Positions 39,213-49,248 of a DNA stretch of 64,000 nucleotides are shown here, piece by piece (within the stretch, counting starts at the first letter, position 1; each line of letters starts with the position of its first letter). Below the pieces are notes generated by a model. It was not told the origin of the DNA. It saw only the letters and a program-made list of their open reading frames with translations, and ran no database searches. Position numbers and translations under genes: made by a program. The stretch covers positions 32,001 through 96,000 of the forward strand of contig JBGSZS010000009.1 in the NCBI GenBank assembly GCA_041750285.1, given 5' to 3'. This DNA is from Candidatus Fermentibacteraceae bacterium. GTDB lineage: Bacteria; Fermentibacterota; Fermentibacteria; Fermentibacterales; JCC-6.

Positions 39213-40601
39213 GTGAACGCATCGTCACGTCACCCCGCCCCGCACCGGAGCATTGCGGTCACCTTTACGGGGAACGTGATGGCGTTCCTTGCAGCGCTTG
39301 CGGGTGGAATGATCACGGCCAGGGCACTCGGACCGGCAGGCCGCGGAGCATTCGCCCTGCTTCACACAACGCCTGATCTGATAATCAGTTTCGTTCTCAT
39401 GGGAATAGTTCAGACGAACGTCTGTTTCGTTTCACAGGGAATCATCCCCTCGCGCAGGATGCTAGGTGTCGCCTCAATTGCAGCCCTTTTTCAGTCTGCC
39501 GCGGGATTCCTGCTTTTCGCGGCGGCCGCCGTTTTCTTCAGGCAGCAGTTCTTCGGTGAATCGAGCCTTACGCTCATCGCAATGTCTGCCGCCCTGATCC
39601 CACTGGGGATACTTCAGGCGCACTGGTCTTCACTTCTGGGAGCCCTGAAGCAGTTCAAACGGCTTGCTTTCCTTCGGGCGGCGGCTCCCTTCATCCTGGT
39701 GTTCGGCTATCTGATCCTTCTCGTGGTATTCAGGCTTGGTGTGGGCGGCGGCCTTGCTGCGGTCCTTTTTTCATCGATTGCGGTTGCATCACTGATGCTT
39801 TTCAGCCTCATCGTCTTCGCCAGGACGAAAAGGGATGGCGCGGGTGGTCACACCGAGACCCTCCTGTGCGATGGATTCTGGAAAAGGTACCTGACTTACG
39901 GCATCAAGCTTCACGCTTCGGCTCTCATGTGGTTTCTGATAATCAAGGTCGACATCTACATGATAAAGTACTTCCTCGACATCGAGTCAGTGGGCTATTT
40001 CTCGCTGGCATCGAGCCTGGCCGAGAAACTCTGGCTTGTGACAACGTCAGCCAACACCGTGCTGCTTCCTTCCCTGGCCTCGATAGCGGACCCTGGCGAA
40101 AGGGCCAGGATGGCGGCGCGAGCCTCGCGACAGATCACGATAATCCTCCTTCCGTTCTTCTTTCTGGGGCTCTTTCTTGGAAAACCCCTGATAATGCTTC
40201 TCTACGGAAGCGAATTCGAGCCTTCAGCTGTTCCGTTCGTGATCCTGCTTGGGTCCACTCTCGTGCAGGCCCACAGGTCGATCACGGCAAGCTTCTTCGA
40301 AAGCTCGGACCTTGCCCTTGTCAACGTGGCAACCAGGGCGGCAGCCTTTCTTTTGAAGATCCTCCTCAACATCGCACTGATCCCGGCGCTTCTCATGCAG
40401 GGCGCCGCCCTGTCGAGCCTTCTGGCCTATTCCTTCGAGTGGTACCTTGGCACGCGGGTGTTTCTGGGAAAGAACGGCCTGAGATGGCGGGATTCGATTC
40501 CCGCCTTCTCGGACGCAGCGACTGTCTACTCGAAACTCAAGGGATTGGTTCGCAACCCTTTGAGATCAGCCGGATCTCCCGGTGAAGGCAAACCGTCATG
40601 A
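39213..40601 (+). CDS. Wzx-type polysaccharide flippase
   Basis: ARALGPAGRG, D.YMI.YFL....GYFSLA, LLYGSEF, NIALIP..GAA; polytopic. Confidence 0.85.
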   Translation: MNASSRHPAPHRSIAVTFTGNVMAFLAALAGGMITARALGPAGRGAFALLHTTPDLIISFVLMGIVQTNVCFVSQGIIPSRRMLGVASIAALFQSAAGFLLFAAAAVFFRQQFFGESSLTLIAMSAALIPLGILQAHWSSLLGALKQFKRLAFLRAAAPFILVFGYLILLVVFRLGVGGGLAAVLFSSIAVASLMLFSLIVFARTKRDGAGGHTETLLCDGFWKRYLTYGIKLHASALMWFLIIKVDIYMIKYFLDIESVGYFSLASSLAEKLWLVTTSANTVLLPSLASIADPGERARMAARASRQITIILLPFFFLGLFLGKPLIMLLYGSEFEPSAVPFVILLGSTLVQAHRSITASFFESSDLALVNVATRAAAFLLKILLNIALIPALLMQGAALSSLLAYSFEWYLGTRVFLGKNGLRWRDSIPAFSDAATVYSKLKGLVRNPLRSAGSPGEGKPS

Positions 40602-41770
40602 AGGGGTCCGTCTGCCTGGTCGGGGGGGGGATCAGGACTCTTCTAGGCACATCCGATGGCGGATCGGAAAGACAGATCGCCCTCATAGCCGATGAACTGG
40701 CCGCCAGAGGAAACGATGTCAGTCTTGTCGTACCCGGACTCCGGGATGGGATCAGAATACGCAGAATCAACGTGCTGCCGGGATGGAAGGACGGAAATGC
40801 CTGGCCCCGGGGTCTGAGATTCTTCGCGCACAGGCTTCCCGGGTTGAAGCGGGTCATTGCCGGCCTCGAGCCGGACCTTCTGTACACCAGGGGCTTCTCG
40901 CTGTTCGCGCCGGCGGTCGCCTCGGTCGCCGCGAGAACGGGCGCGACTTACCTCGCGGCGCTGGCCTGCGACGACGACCTTCGGACAAGGGCACTCAGCC
41001 GCCCCCTGGGGATCGCGCAACGGGCGGGGTACGGTTTTGCGGCCCGGGCCTTCTTCATCAGGTACGCCCTGAGAAAGGCAAGTCTGGTGCTTTCCCAGCA
41101 TGGAGGACAGGCCGTCGTTTGTGACAGGATGGGCATTCCCTCACGCACGGTGAGGAATGTCTTCTGCCCGCCGGCAATCGTTCCCGAAGCCCGGAAGGTC
41201 TTCGATATCGCTTGGGTCGGCCACATTTCCGAATTCAAGGGCTTTGACAGACTTCTTCATATCCTGGAACGGACAAAGGGGCTGAGGGTTGCTGTCGCCG
41301 GGGCTGTTCAGGGCGGGAGGAACAACCGCTTGCTTGAAGCCGCGGCCAACGTTCGGGATCTCGAGTACATGGGTGAGTTGCCTCACGCAGAAATACTGGA
41401 GCTCATGTCGTGTTCAAGTGTTCTTTTGAACACTTCGCCTGCGGAAGGTTTTCCAAACACATTTCTTGAAGCATGGTACCTTGAACGGCCTGTCGTCAGT
41501 CTTGTGTCGGATCCGGACGGATTGCTTTCAGGAGGTGAACCCCTCGGTTTCTGCGGAAATGGAAGTGTCCCTGCGACTGCGGAAGCCCTGCTGAGGTTGT
41601 GCGCAGACCCGGTGTGCAGGCTTCAAATGGGTATGAGAGGCAGGTCACATGTGGAGCGGCATCACCTTGTGAAGGCGGTCGTCGATTCACTTGAAACGGC
41701 CTGGGAGTCATCCCGTTGTTTCTCGAAGGTCCCTGCAAGGCACTCCCACCCTGAAGCCGGACGGGCGTAA
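40598..41770 (+). CDS. GT4 glycosyltransferase
   Basis: GGSERQ, WVG....KG, TS..EGFPNTFLEAW. Confidence 0.85.
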   Translation: MKGSVCLVGGGIRTLLGTSDGGSERQIALIADELAARGNDVSLVVPGLRDGIRIRRINVLPGWKDGNAWPRGLRFFAHRLPGLKRVIAGLEPDLLYTRGFSLFAPAVASVAARTGATYLAALACDDDLRTRALSRPLGIAQRAGYGFAARAFFIRYALRKASLVLSQHGGQAVVCDRMGIPSRTVRNVFCPPAIVPEARKVFDIAWVGHISEFKGFDRLLHILERTKGLRVAVAGAVQGGRNNRLLEAAANVRDLEYMGELPHAEILELMSCSSVLLNTSPAEGFPNTFLEAWYLERPVVSLVSDPDGLLSGGEPLGFCGNGSVPATAEALLRLCADPVCRLQMGMRGRSHVERHHLVKAVVDSLETAWESSRCFSKVPARHSHPEAGRA

Positions 41771-43050
41771 AGCCCTTTCGCCGGACCGGACAGGGATCGC
41801 ACCTTTTCCGATATCTCTTCATCGGACGCAAAGGCGGGAAGCGGCCAGCGGAACCCTGAGGATGCATGCCTCAGCATTGGTATCAAACAGGGGTCGAATC
41901 CCAGCAGCCTGCTGTTCAGCCGATCGGCGTCAACCGAGCTGTCAGAGTATGTGACACATCCCATGGGGAGAGGCCTGGGCTGGAGCGGTCCGTTGTTCTG
42001 CCCGCAGATCAGCGCGTCGGTAAGGCTCACGATCCTTCGACCGGGAGATTCGGCCATTGATCCATCCACCCTGCCGTACATCGCGATCCTGTTCACGTCG
42101 AGAACCGTGCGCCAGACCGTGTCGTTGCCCGACCAACCGCCTTCGATCTCGATGTCTCCCGTCAGGAGCCTTGAACCGTGAAGGAGGACATCGGCGGCGA
42201 ACAGCCACAGTGAGAATGAAGCTCTGCCGATCCTTCGGTTGGCCTTGTCGATCATGGTCTCCGCGAGGCGTTTGAGAACGGACCTGCCTGGATAGCAGTC
42301 CCCCCCGTCCCTCGAGCCACCAGTTCTATGGTGAGGAAGGAACTCCTTGTTTCCATTGATCCCGACAAGGTTTTTCAGCGCACCGGTCATCCCTGCTTTC
42401 CTGTGAGTCTTCAGTTTGGGAAGGTTGATTATCACATCGGCCTCAAGTGCCTCACGGGCGATCAGGTACTGGTGTACTCCCGCAGAGTGCCTTCTGGCCA
42501 GATGATCGGGGTTGTACATCGTGACCCTGAACCTGCCCGGCGGGCTGGACACCGGTTCAAGCAGGCTTTCCTTTCCGAGGTCGAATAGAATGAAATCCCT
42601 GTCCGGGCGGGATTCCGGGCTTGTTCCGGCCCGCAGGGAATCGCCGTGCATTATCGTCCTGCGAAAATCAGCGATCTGCAGGATGCCGTCACGGTCGATG
42701 GATTCCATCGCCTTCACGAAGGATTCAGGTACAACGCTCTTCCAGTGACAACCCTGGATCGGGGCATCCCCGACAACAATCCTTGAGGGACTGCACTTCA
42801 TGACCTCACGAAGAACGGAGAGAACGAATTCGCCATGTGTGTAAAGGCACTCGACACCACCCGTGTCATTCCTGTGGTGTACCCAGTTCGGCTTCACCAG
42901 AACACTGTCACCAGGCTTGATCGGGAGACCGGCACCGGGTGCGCCGAATGCATCCTCAAGGGCTTCCCTTATCGCGCCATCGAGGATGCCCGGTGAGTAC
43001 CAGCCACTTCCGGTGTCGTCTGTCTTCGGGGCACAGGCAAGACCAATCAA
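41662..43050 (-). CDS. DUF362 domain protein (copy 1)
   Basis: IKPGDSVLVKPNWV, ADVIINLPKLKTH..AGMTGALKNLVG, WSGNDTVWR, GPL. Confidence 0.85.
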   Translation of the reverse strand: MIGLACAPKTDDTGSGWYSPGILDGAIREALEDAFGAPGAGLPIKPGDSVLVKPNWVHHRNDTGGVECLYTHGEFVLSVLREVMKCSPSRIVVGDAPIQGCHWKSVVPESFVKAMESIDRDGILQIADFRRTIMHGDSLRAGTSPESRPDRDFILFDLGKESLLEPVSSPPGRFRVTMYNPDHLARRHSAGVHQYLIAREALEADVIINLPKLKTHRKAGMTGALKNLVGINGNKEFLPHHRTGGSRDGGDCYPGRSVLKRLAETMIDKANRRIGRASFSLWLFAADVLLHGSRLLTGDIEIEGGWSGNDTVWRTVLDVNRIAMYGRVDGSMAESPGRRIVSLTDALICGQNNGPLQPRPLPMGCVTYSDSSVDADRLNSRLLGFDPCLIPMLRHASSGFRWPLPAFASDEEISEKVRSLSGPAKGLYARPASGWECLAGTFEKQRDDSQAVSSESTTAFTR

Positions 43051-43076
43051 CGCAGGCCTCCCATTTTTGTCGGATT

Positions 43077-43105
43077 TTGTCTTGCAGGATCAACCCGTGT
43101 ATAAT
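43077..43105 (+). promoter_or_regulatory. Sigma70-type promoter for the ATP-grasp/GT operon
   Basis: TTGTCT-N17-TATAAT, 45 nt before TTG 43151. Confidence 0.6.
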
Positions 43106-43150
43106 TCTGCGCCGAGACAACGACAAGGACTCTTCCCGGGAGAATACCGC

Positions 43151-44194
43151 TTGAGTGAACCCGTTCTGAAGGTTGCCGTCGGCCGGGACCGCGGCAGATG
43201 GCACGAGAAGTTCATCGATTCACTGGAGAGAAGGATGAGGGAGCTTCCCTACCTTCGTTATTCCCTCGTGAACATGGACAGGAGCGACTGGCTCTCCCGG
43301 ATCGGTGATGCTTCGCTCGTCCTTTGGAAACCTGCCTATATGGGGCACGAATTCGCAGGCTACGTGAAGGAAAAGGTCTACCTTCTCGAGAGGTTCCTCG
43401 GAAAGACCGTGCTGCCCAATTTTTCGACGATCTGGCACTTCGAGAGCAAGATAGCCCAAAGCTACCTCTTCGACCTTCTCAATGTCGGGACACCGGAAAC
43501 CGTCGTAAGTTTCGACTTCAACGAGGCAACCGAAATTGCCGGAAGGTCGGCCTTTCCGGTCGTCCGCAAGAAGGCTGCAGGCGCGGGAAGCACGAATGTC
43601 CGGGCCATGAGCAGTTACAGGGAGCTGCGGCATGATCTGGAAAGGACTTTCAGCCTGAGCCTCTGGGATCGCAGCCTTGGTGGGAAGAGCAGGCTGAAAA
43701 GGATCGCGGGTGGACTCCGCCATCGTTGGTTCTGGGATTTCGCGTGGAGGAAGCTAACGCACTCCCAGTTGTTTGGTGTGGCATACTGGCAGGAGTTCAT
43801 ACCGGGAAACGATTCCGACCTGCGGATCACGGTGATCGGCGACAGGTTCGCCACGGGCTTCTGGAGACGCAACAGACCGGGGGACTTCCGCGCGAGCGGC
43901 AGCGGAAACATCGATTACGAGACTCCCCTGCCCGAGGAAGCCCTGCGATGCTGCCTCGAGATCAGCAGGAGGCTTGATTTCGATTCGATGGCGTATGACA
44001 TCCTCTTTCGTGACGGAACTCCCGTCATATCCGAGATGTCCTACGGATACTCGGACGTTGCCGTCCACAGGGTTTCCGGCTATTCGACCCTGGAACCTGA
44101 CGGAACGCTCTCCTTCGTGAGCGGGAACACCTGGCCCCAGGAACTCTGGGTTGAGTGGGCGATGATCAGGGCGGAACGACAACGCCAAAAGTGA
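43151..44194 (+). CDS. RimK-like ATP-grasp ligase (glycan amino-acid/acyl decoration)
   Basis: WHFESKIAQ.Y, FPVV.K..AGAGS.NV, YWQEFIPGN..DLRITVIG, DFRASGSG, MAYD, EMSYG. Confidence 0.8.
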   Translation: MSEPVLKVAVGRDRGRWHEKFIDSLERRMRELPYLRYSLVNMDRSDWLSRIGDASLVLWKPAYMGHEFAGYVKEKVYLLERFLGKTVLPNFSTIWHFESKIAQSYLFDLLNVGTPETVVSFDFNEATEIAGRSAFPVVRKKAAGAGSTNVRAMSSYRELRHDLERTFSLSLWDRSLGGKSRLKRIAGGLRHRWFWDFAWRKLTHSQLFGVAYWQEFIPGNDSDLRITVIGDRFATGFWRRNRPGDFRASGSGNIDYETPLPEEALRCCLEISRRLDFDSMAYDILFRDGTPVISEMSYGYSDVAVHRVSGYSTLEPDGTLSFVSGNTWPQELWVEWAMIRAERQRQK

Positions 44195-44213
44195 CGGTTC
44201 CCGGAGGTTTCCA

Positions 44214-45398
44214 GTGAAGGAACGGGGCGAAGCCTTGCTGAAGGATGGATCCGCCCGGGTCGTTGTCATCGCTGAGGCATCACCCTGCGATCCTCTCGCG
44301 GTCGGCGGGGTCAGCGGATTCCTGAGGGCCATTGAAAGCGCTTCCCCACCGGGATGGGTCATCCTTGCCCCATCGGCGGACAGCTCCGACAGCCCGGACA
44401 CACTGGGACCCTCTCTCTACCTGAAGAGGCTTCCACACAGAATCGTTTTCCCGCTCAGGCTGCTGCGCCTTTTCGGAAGGCTTGCCCGGCTGCGGCCCGA
44501 TGTTCTCTACACCCACAGCAACGAGGCAGCAATGCTGCTCTGCCTGCTTCGCGGACTGGGGCTCTTCCACGCTGCGATCGTGCACCATCAGCACGGATCC
44601 GAGAACCCGCTCACCTATGCCACTTTCCGTCTCGGCAGAATGCTCTTCCTGCCGGGACTGTACGCAGCCATGCTGAAGGGGCTGCACAGATCCGCGGACC
44701 ACATAATCGTCATCGACAGGAAATGCCTTGAGATGAACATCAGGTGGGGCGTGCCGGCAGGCAGGATGACGCTGCTTCCAAATGCCGTGGATACAGGGGT
44801 TTACAGACCCTCACGTGAAGCCCGCCATGCTTTTCGCCGGAAATGGGGGATCCCTGATACCGCATTCCTCTTTGCTTTCGCCGGGAGGCTGGAGGAAGTG
44901 AAACGCATCCACCTCCTCCTGGAAGCGTTGCCAATGATGGAGGAAGGGGCGTGGCTGGCTGTGGCGGGAGAAGGTTCGTTGCGGCCCGGCCTCGAAAGAC
45001 ATGCGGCTTCATGCAGTGCCGCAGGTCACATACTGTTCACCGGTCCTCTCGATTCCGATGAGATGCCTTCGTTCTACGCAGCGGCCGACTGCCTTGTTCT
45101 TCCCTCGGCAGCCGAAGGCGTACCGCTTGTGATTCTCGAGGCCATGGCGACGGGAATCCCCGTTGTGGCAACGCAGGTGGGAGGAGTGGCCGACCTTCTC
45201 GGTCCGGCGACCGGATTGCTTCTGGATCCCTCCCTTTCCGCCCGGGACCTGGCGAAAGCGATGGATCTTTCCAGAAAAAGACAATGGGACCCGGAGAAGA
45301 TCAGGGCGGAAGCCCTCTCCCATTCAGGTCAGGTTGCCGTTTCACTTCTTGAAGGTTTGTTTGCCGAAGTTGCCGGGAAAGTGCGCGGCGGACGCTAG
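44214..45398 (+). CDS. GT4 glycosyltransferase
   Basis: PNAVD, FAGRLEEVK, LPSAAEGVPLVILEAMATG.PVVAT.VGG. Confidence 0.9.
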   Translation: MKERGEALLKDGSARVVVIAEASPCDPLAVGGVSGFLRAIESASPPGWVILAPSADSSDSPDTLGPSLYLKRLPHRIVFPLRLLRLFGRLARLRPDVLYTHSNEAAMLLCLLRGLGLFHAAIVHHQHGSENPLTYATFRLGRMLFLPGLYAAMLKGLHRSADHIIVIDRKCLEMNIRWGVPAGRMTLLPNAVDTGVYRPSREARHAFRRKWGIPDTAFLFAFAGRLEEVKRIHLLLEALPMMEEGAWLAVAGEGSLRPGLERHAASCSAAGHILFTGPLDSDEMPSFYAAADCLVLPSAAEGVPLVILEAMATGIPVVATQVGGVADLLGPATGLLLDPSLSARDLAKAMDLSRKRQWDPEKIRAEALSHSGQVAVSLLEGLFAEVAGKVRGGR

Positions 45399-46546
45399 GG
45401 ACCTTTGATACGGTTCCGGGTTCCGGTCCATTCGAGAATCTCTCCAAGACCCTTCGCATAAGCCTCGAACGAATACTTCCTCGAGGCTTCGAGCCCTGCA
45501 GCGGCAATGGATGACCTGAGGCGGCAGTCGTCCAGCATCAGGGCGATCGCACGTGCAAGACCTTCGGGATCGGATGGATCGGCAAGTACCCCCGCCTCCC
45601 CGTTCACAAGCACTTCAGGGATTGCCCCAATCCTGGTGGCGATCACCGGAACACCCTTGCTCATTGCTTCGGCAAGAACCAGCCCGAAAGCCTCTTCCCT
45701 TCTTGTGGGAAAGACCATCAGCGGCGATTCCCGGGCAAGGTAGGCTTCGATCATGTCATGGGTCATTTCCCCGATGATGTGCACCCGATCCTTGAGCCCG
45801 TTGGCTTCGGCCCACTCGCGGATCTCGTCGAATATCCCGGTATCGGTTTCAGGGCCGATGATCTCAAGTGGGGGAACGTTCACGCCTCCGCGAACCAGAA
45901 TGCCATACGCATCCAGCAAATCCCAAATACCCTTGCGTGCCCTCACCGTCGAAAGAAAGAGAATGGCGGAGGGACGGACGTCCGCTCGTTTCCGTACGGC
46001 ATCGGGATCGGCGAAGGTCCAGTCAGGGGGCAGGCAGTTCAGGAGAACCCGTGTTCTGCATGGTTTCACCCCGACCGATTCCAGGTCTGTGGAAACCACT
46101 TCGCTTGGTCCGATGCACCAGTCGAAGGATTGCCAGAACGACTGTGCATGAACTGATTGGAATCTGCTGCTGCCCTCCTTCAGTTGCTTGTATCGAACCA
46201 TGTGCGAATAGCCCACCCAGTTCTTTGAAAGAACTCTTATATACTTAATTAAGTAATAATCAAAGGTCAGCGCGGGAGGAAGTGAAGCGGGAAGGTAAAA
46301 GGCGATGTCATACCGTTCGGTCAGAAGAAGAAGCGTCGCCCTCAGTACAAGCAGCAAAGCCTTCACAAGCTTGTAGGGCTTCACCTTCCCTATCTCTGTG
46401 TTCCTTCGCGAGAACGCCTTGTCCAGAACGGTCACCGCGCACCCGTTCTGTTCCAGCGCGCGGATGAGGTATCTCGTCATGACCAGGGAGCCGTGCATGG
46501 CACCCGAGTTGCTTCCCACCACGAGAGCTCTAGGTTTTGCGAACAT
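45395..46546 (-). CDS. GT4 glycosyltransferase
   Basis: FLS....KG, FPT..EAFGLVLAEAMSKG.PVIAT..GAIPE. Confidence 0.9.
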   Translation of the reverse strand: MFAKPRALVVGSNSGAMHGSLVMTRYLIRALEQNGCAVTVLDKAFSRRNTEIGKVKPYKLVKALLLVLRATLLLLTERYDIAFYLPASLPPALTFDYYLIKYIRVLSKNWVGYSHMVRYKQLKEGSSRFQSVHAQSFWQSFDWCIGPSEVVSTDLESVGVKPCRTRVLLNCLPPDWTFADPDAVRKRADVRPSAILFLSTVRARKGIWDLLDAYGILVRGGVNVPPLEIIGPETDTGIFDEIREWAEANGLKDRVHIIGEMTHDMIEAYLARESPLMVFPTRREEAFGLVLAEAMSKGVPVIATRIGAIPEVLVNGEAGVLADPSDPEGLARAIALMLDDCRLRSSIAAAGLEASRKYSFEAYAKGLGEILEWTGTRNRIKGP

Positions 46547-47666
46547 CGCTCAGGGTCACACCTTTCATTGCCATAGCTTCCCTGTAGACCTCGACCGTTG
46601 CCCTTACCATTTTCTCCGCCGGGAAATCAGTTAGTATCCGATCCCTTCCGGATCTTCCCAGCTCGGCGCAGACAGAGGGATTGCCCTCAAGGTGAAGAAG
46701 CCTTTCCGCGATCGTCCCCGGATCGGAATCGGGAAGGATGAAACCATCGACCGAATCCCGAACGAGTTCGGGGTTCCCGCCACCTGCGGTGCAGACCACC
46801 GGAAGCCCGGCCGCCATGCACTCCATTATGAAATTGGACATCCCCTCGCCCATCGGAGAGAGAAGGATGCCTGCATCCGACTTCAGCAGCCAGGGAATGA
46901 TACTGGATGTTCTGCCCGGAAAGGTAACTGAATCCCCGCAACCGAGCTCAAGTGCCAGCCTCTGAAGCGCCGGCCGGTCTTCACCGTCCCCAACAAGGTT
47001 GAACAGGAAACGCCCCGGCGCCTTCAAGCGGAGAATCGCACATGCGCGGACGAGAGAGGCGAAATCCTTGTGATCGGCCATGGAACCTGCCATGACGACG
47101 GTGAACGGCCGGCCCTCCCGGGGATTCCTGAAAAGCCCCGGGAGCCTCTGCGGATCGAACCCGTTCCCGACAAGCCTCGCCCTCCGTTCGGGAATCCCCC
47201 ATGCCTTCAATCCTGCTTTGCTGTTGCCGATGGAAAGGCATCCAAGCCTTGCAGCCATTGCAAGCCTGAGCCTTTTCCCTTGCGGCAGCGTCCCCATCCT
47301 CACGAGCCCCGAAACATGTACTCCGGATAGACCAAGCCTTGTCGTGGCCTCGAGGAAGAAAGAGCTCATCCATCCCCACGAGTGCACGACGTCCGGCCTG
47401 AAGGCTGATATGTGGGAGAATGCCTTTCGCAGGGATGGAAAGCGAGCCCCGCCGGCTTTCCTCGCAATCACGGGTCTGACACCCATCCCTTCCAGTTCGT
47501 CAACCATCCGCCCCGGACTGAAAGCCATGACCGACAGCTCGGTACAATCCCTCAGCCCCCTGCTTAGAAGGCAGAACTGGCGTTCAGCACCTCCAGGCCC
47601 AAGCCCGTCAATGGCGAGAAGTATCCTCACCGGTCTTGCTGAGTTCACGGTGAGCATTTCATCCAT
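46530..47666 (-). CDS. GT4 glycosyltransferase
   Basis: GGAERQ, NGFD, KDF, EGMSNFIMECMAAGLPVVCT..GGNPE. Confidence 0.9.
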   Translation of the reverse strand: MDEMLTVNSARPVRILLAIDGLGPGGAERQFCLLSRGLRDCTELSVMAFSPGRMVDELEGMGVRPVIARKAGGARFPSLRKAFSHISAFRPDVVHSWGWMSSFFLEATTRLGLSGVHVSGLVRMGTLPQGKRLRLAMAARLGCLSIGNSKAGLKAWGIPERRARLVGNGFDPQRLPGLFRNPREGRPFTVVMAGSMADHKDFASLVRACAILRLKAPGRFLFNLVGDGEDRPALQRLALELGCGDSVTFPGRTSSIIPWLLKSDAGILLSPMGEGMSNFIMECMAAGLPVVCTAGGGNPELVRDSVDGFILPDSDPGTIAERLLHLEGNPSVCAELGRSGRDRILTDFPAEKMVRATVEVYREAMAMKGVTLSDVRKT

Positions 47667-47667
47667 C

Positions 47668-49143
47668 TCAACGGTTTCGCCTCTGGGAAGCCCAGGCGAA
47701 ATGGCTTCGGAAGCCGACCAGGGGAACCATCGAGTTCAATCCTTCGATGCATTGGTCATCCCCTGCCATAGCCACCAAAACCCTGTCGGCAGAACAGGGC
47801 GCGAAATCCCACGGGCTGGCAAAGCCGCCTTCGATCAGTCTGAGACCCATTGGTCCGATACCTGCGGCAGCGGCCGAAACGGCATCCACGAGCAGGGGGG
47901 ATGCCCCTGCAATTATCAACCCCGACTGGACGGGATCTGCATCGAGTGGCCCGTTGCCCTCGCCGCCTATGATTCCGTCGACGATGTTGAAGAACCTGCG
48001 GACGGGTCTGTCATGGATCGAACCGGAGTCATCACAGAAGGTGATGATGGCGGCAAGGTCAAGGACGGTTCTCCAGATGGTATCGTTGCCGGGCCAATTC
48101 CCGCTCCTCACGACTTTCGAGGTCGATCCGAAGACCCGGTAACCCAGAGGCTTCATCGCTCCGAACAGCCTGCTTGTCACTCTTCCCCCGCGGATCAGCA
48201 TCCTTTTGGCTCCACCGACGGCAAGGTTCTCGAGAAAGCCTGCGGGCCTGCCATCCGGAAACTGGTCCCCCCCCTTCGATGGAGGTCCGAACCTGTAGTG
48301 GGGCAGCAGGTTCTTGTTGCCGGCAAGGCCGACCATTCCCTTCAGACAGCCCGTCATCCCGCATTTCTTGTGGGTTTTCAGCTTCGGGATGTTGATGATC
48401 ACATCGGATGAGAGTGCAGTCCCGCAAACCTCGTAGACATGCCTCCCCGAGGAATGACTGGCGTTGGTTTCCACGGTGTCGTAACCTGCGCCGTAGAAGG
48501 GCGGATCGTCGGGGGTACCCAGGAAATGGCTCCTGTTCGCAAGGTCAATCCTTCGAACACCCCTCGGATCGCCCGGCAGGTCTTCTTTGCCGTTGCAGAT
48601 GCCGTTGGTGACCAGCCATCTCTCGTTCCTCAGGTCGAGAACATCCACTGCCAGACCCGATCGGCGCGAGATGATCGAGGCCATCTCACCAAGCCCGGTT
48701 CTTTCTGAGATGAGGCCGAAGTCCGAATCTGTCTGGGGCGAGTCTGCGATGACTATCTTTCCGGATCCGCCGAGCGCGATGCACACATAGTCTAGAACTG
48801 CCCTCACCATGGCTGCGGAAGTGACTATCTGGACCCACTGGTCAGGCCTGCCCTCGCGGTTCTCGCATACGAGATTGGGTTTGAGAAGGACGGTATCGCC
48901 CGGTTTCACGATCCCGCCCAGCGGGTTCCAGGATGCCTTCCCTCGATTTCCGCTGTCCAGTCCGAGAGCGGTCAGGACTCGTCTGACCCCTTCGTAGGCA
49001 TGGTTTGCTTCGCGTGAACCGGAAGGTACGTCCCACGGGTACTCCGGATGGCGCGTTGCAGGATCGAAAGGGGCTTCGGAAGGGTAAACCGCTTCGTCCG
49101 TCCTGACAATGGCGGTCATCCGATCGTGGGGCATGCCTTCCAT
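47668..49143 (-). CDS. DUF362 domain protein (copy 2)
   Basis: WNPLG..VKPGDTVLLKPNLV, DVIINIPKLKTHKK.GMTG.LK..VG, W.GNDTIWR, DGIIGGEGNGPL. Confidence 0.85.
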   Translation of the reverse strand: MEGMPHDRMTAIVRTDEAVYPSEAPFDPATRHPEYPWDVPSGSREANHAYEGVRRVLTALGLDSGNRGKASWNPLGGIVKPGDTVLLKPNLVCENREGRPDQWVQIVTSAAMVRAVLDYVCIALGGSGKIVIADSPQTDSDFGLISERTGLGEMASIISRRSGLAVDVLDLRNERWLVTNGICNGKEDLPGDPRGVRRIDLANRSHFLGTPDDPPFYGAGYDTVETNASHSSGRHVYEVCGTALSSDVIINIPKLKTHKKCGMTGCLKGMVGLAGNKNLLPHYRFGPPSKGGDQFPDGRPAGFLENLAVGGAKRMLIRGGRVTSRLFGAMKPLGYRVFGSTSKVVRSGNWPGNDTIWRTVLDLAAIITFCDDSGSIHDRPVRRFFNIVDGIIGGEGNGPLDADPVQSGLIIAGASPLLVDAVSAAAAGIGPMGLRLIEGGFASPWDFAPCSADRVLVAMAGDDQCIEGLNSMVPLVGFRSHFAWASQRRNR

Positions 49144-49248
49144 CCAGCTCCTTCAATGGTGCCGTTATCACCGGTGACGCGGACAACAACAAGCAATACT
49201 ATATTCAGGCACTCGAACAAGTGTGGAACGGTCAGGGCAGGAGTTACC

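Noticed and set aside
47080..48411. 443-aa plus-strand ORF (and similar ones at 35326, 21872, 10876, 18106)
   Set aside because: Shadow or alternate-frame ORFs expected in GC-rich coding DNA; they overlap motif-bearing genes
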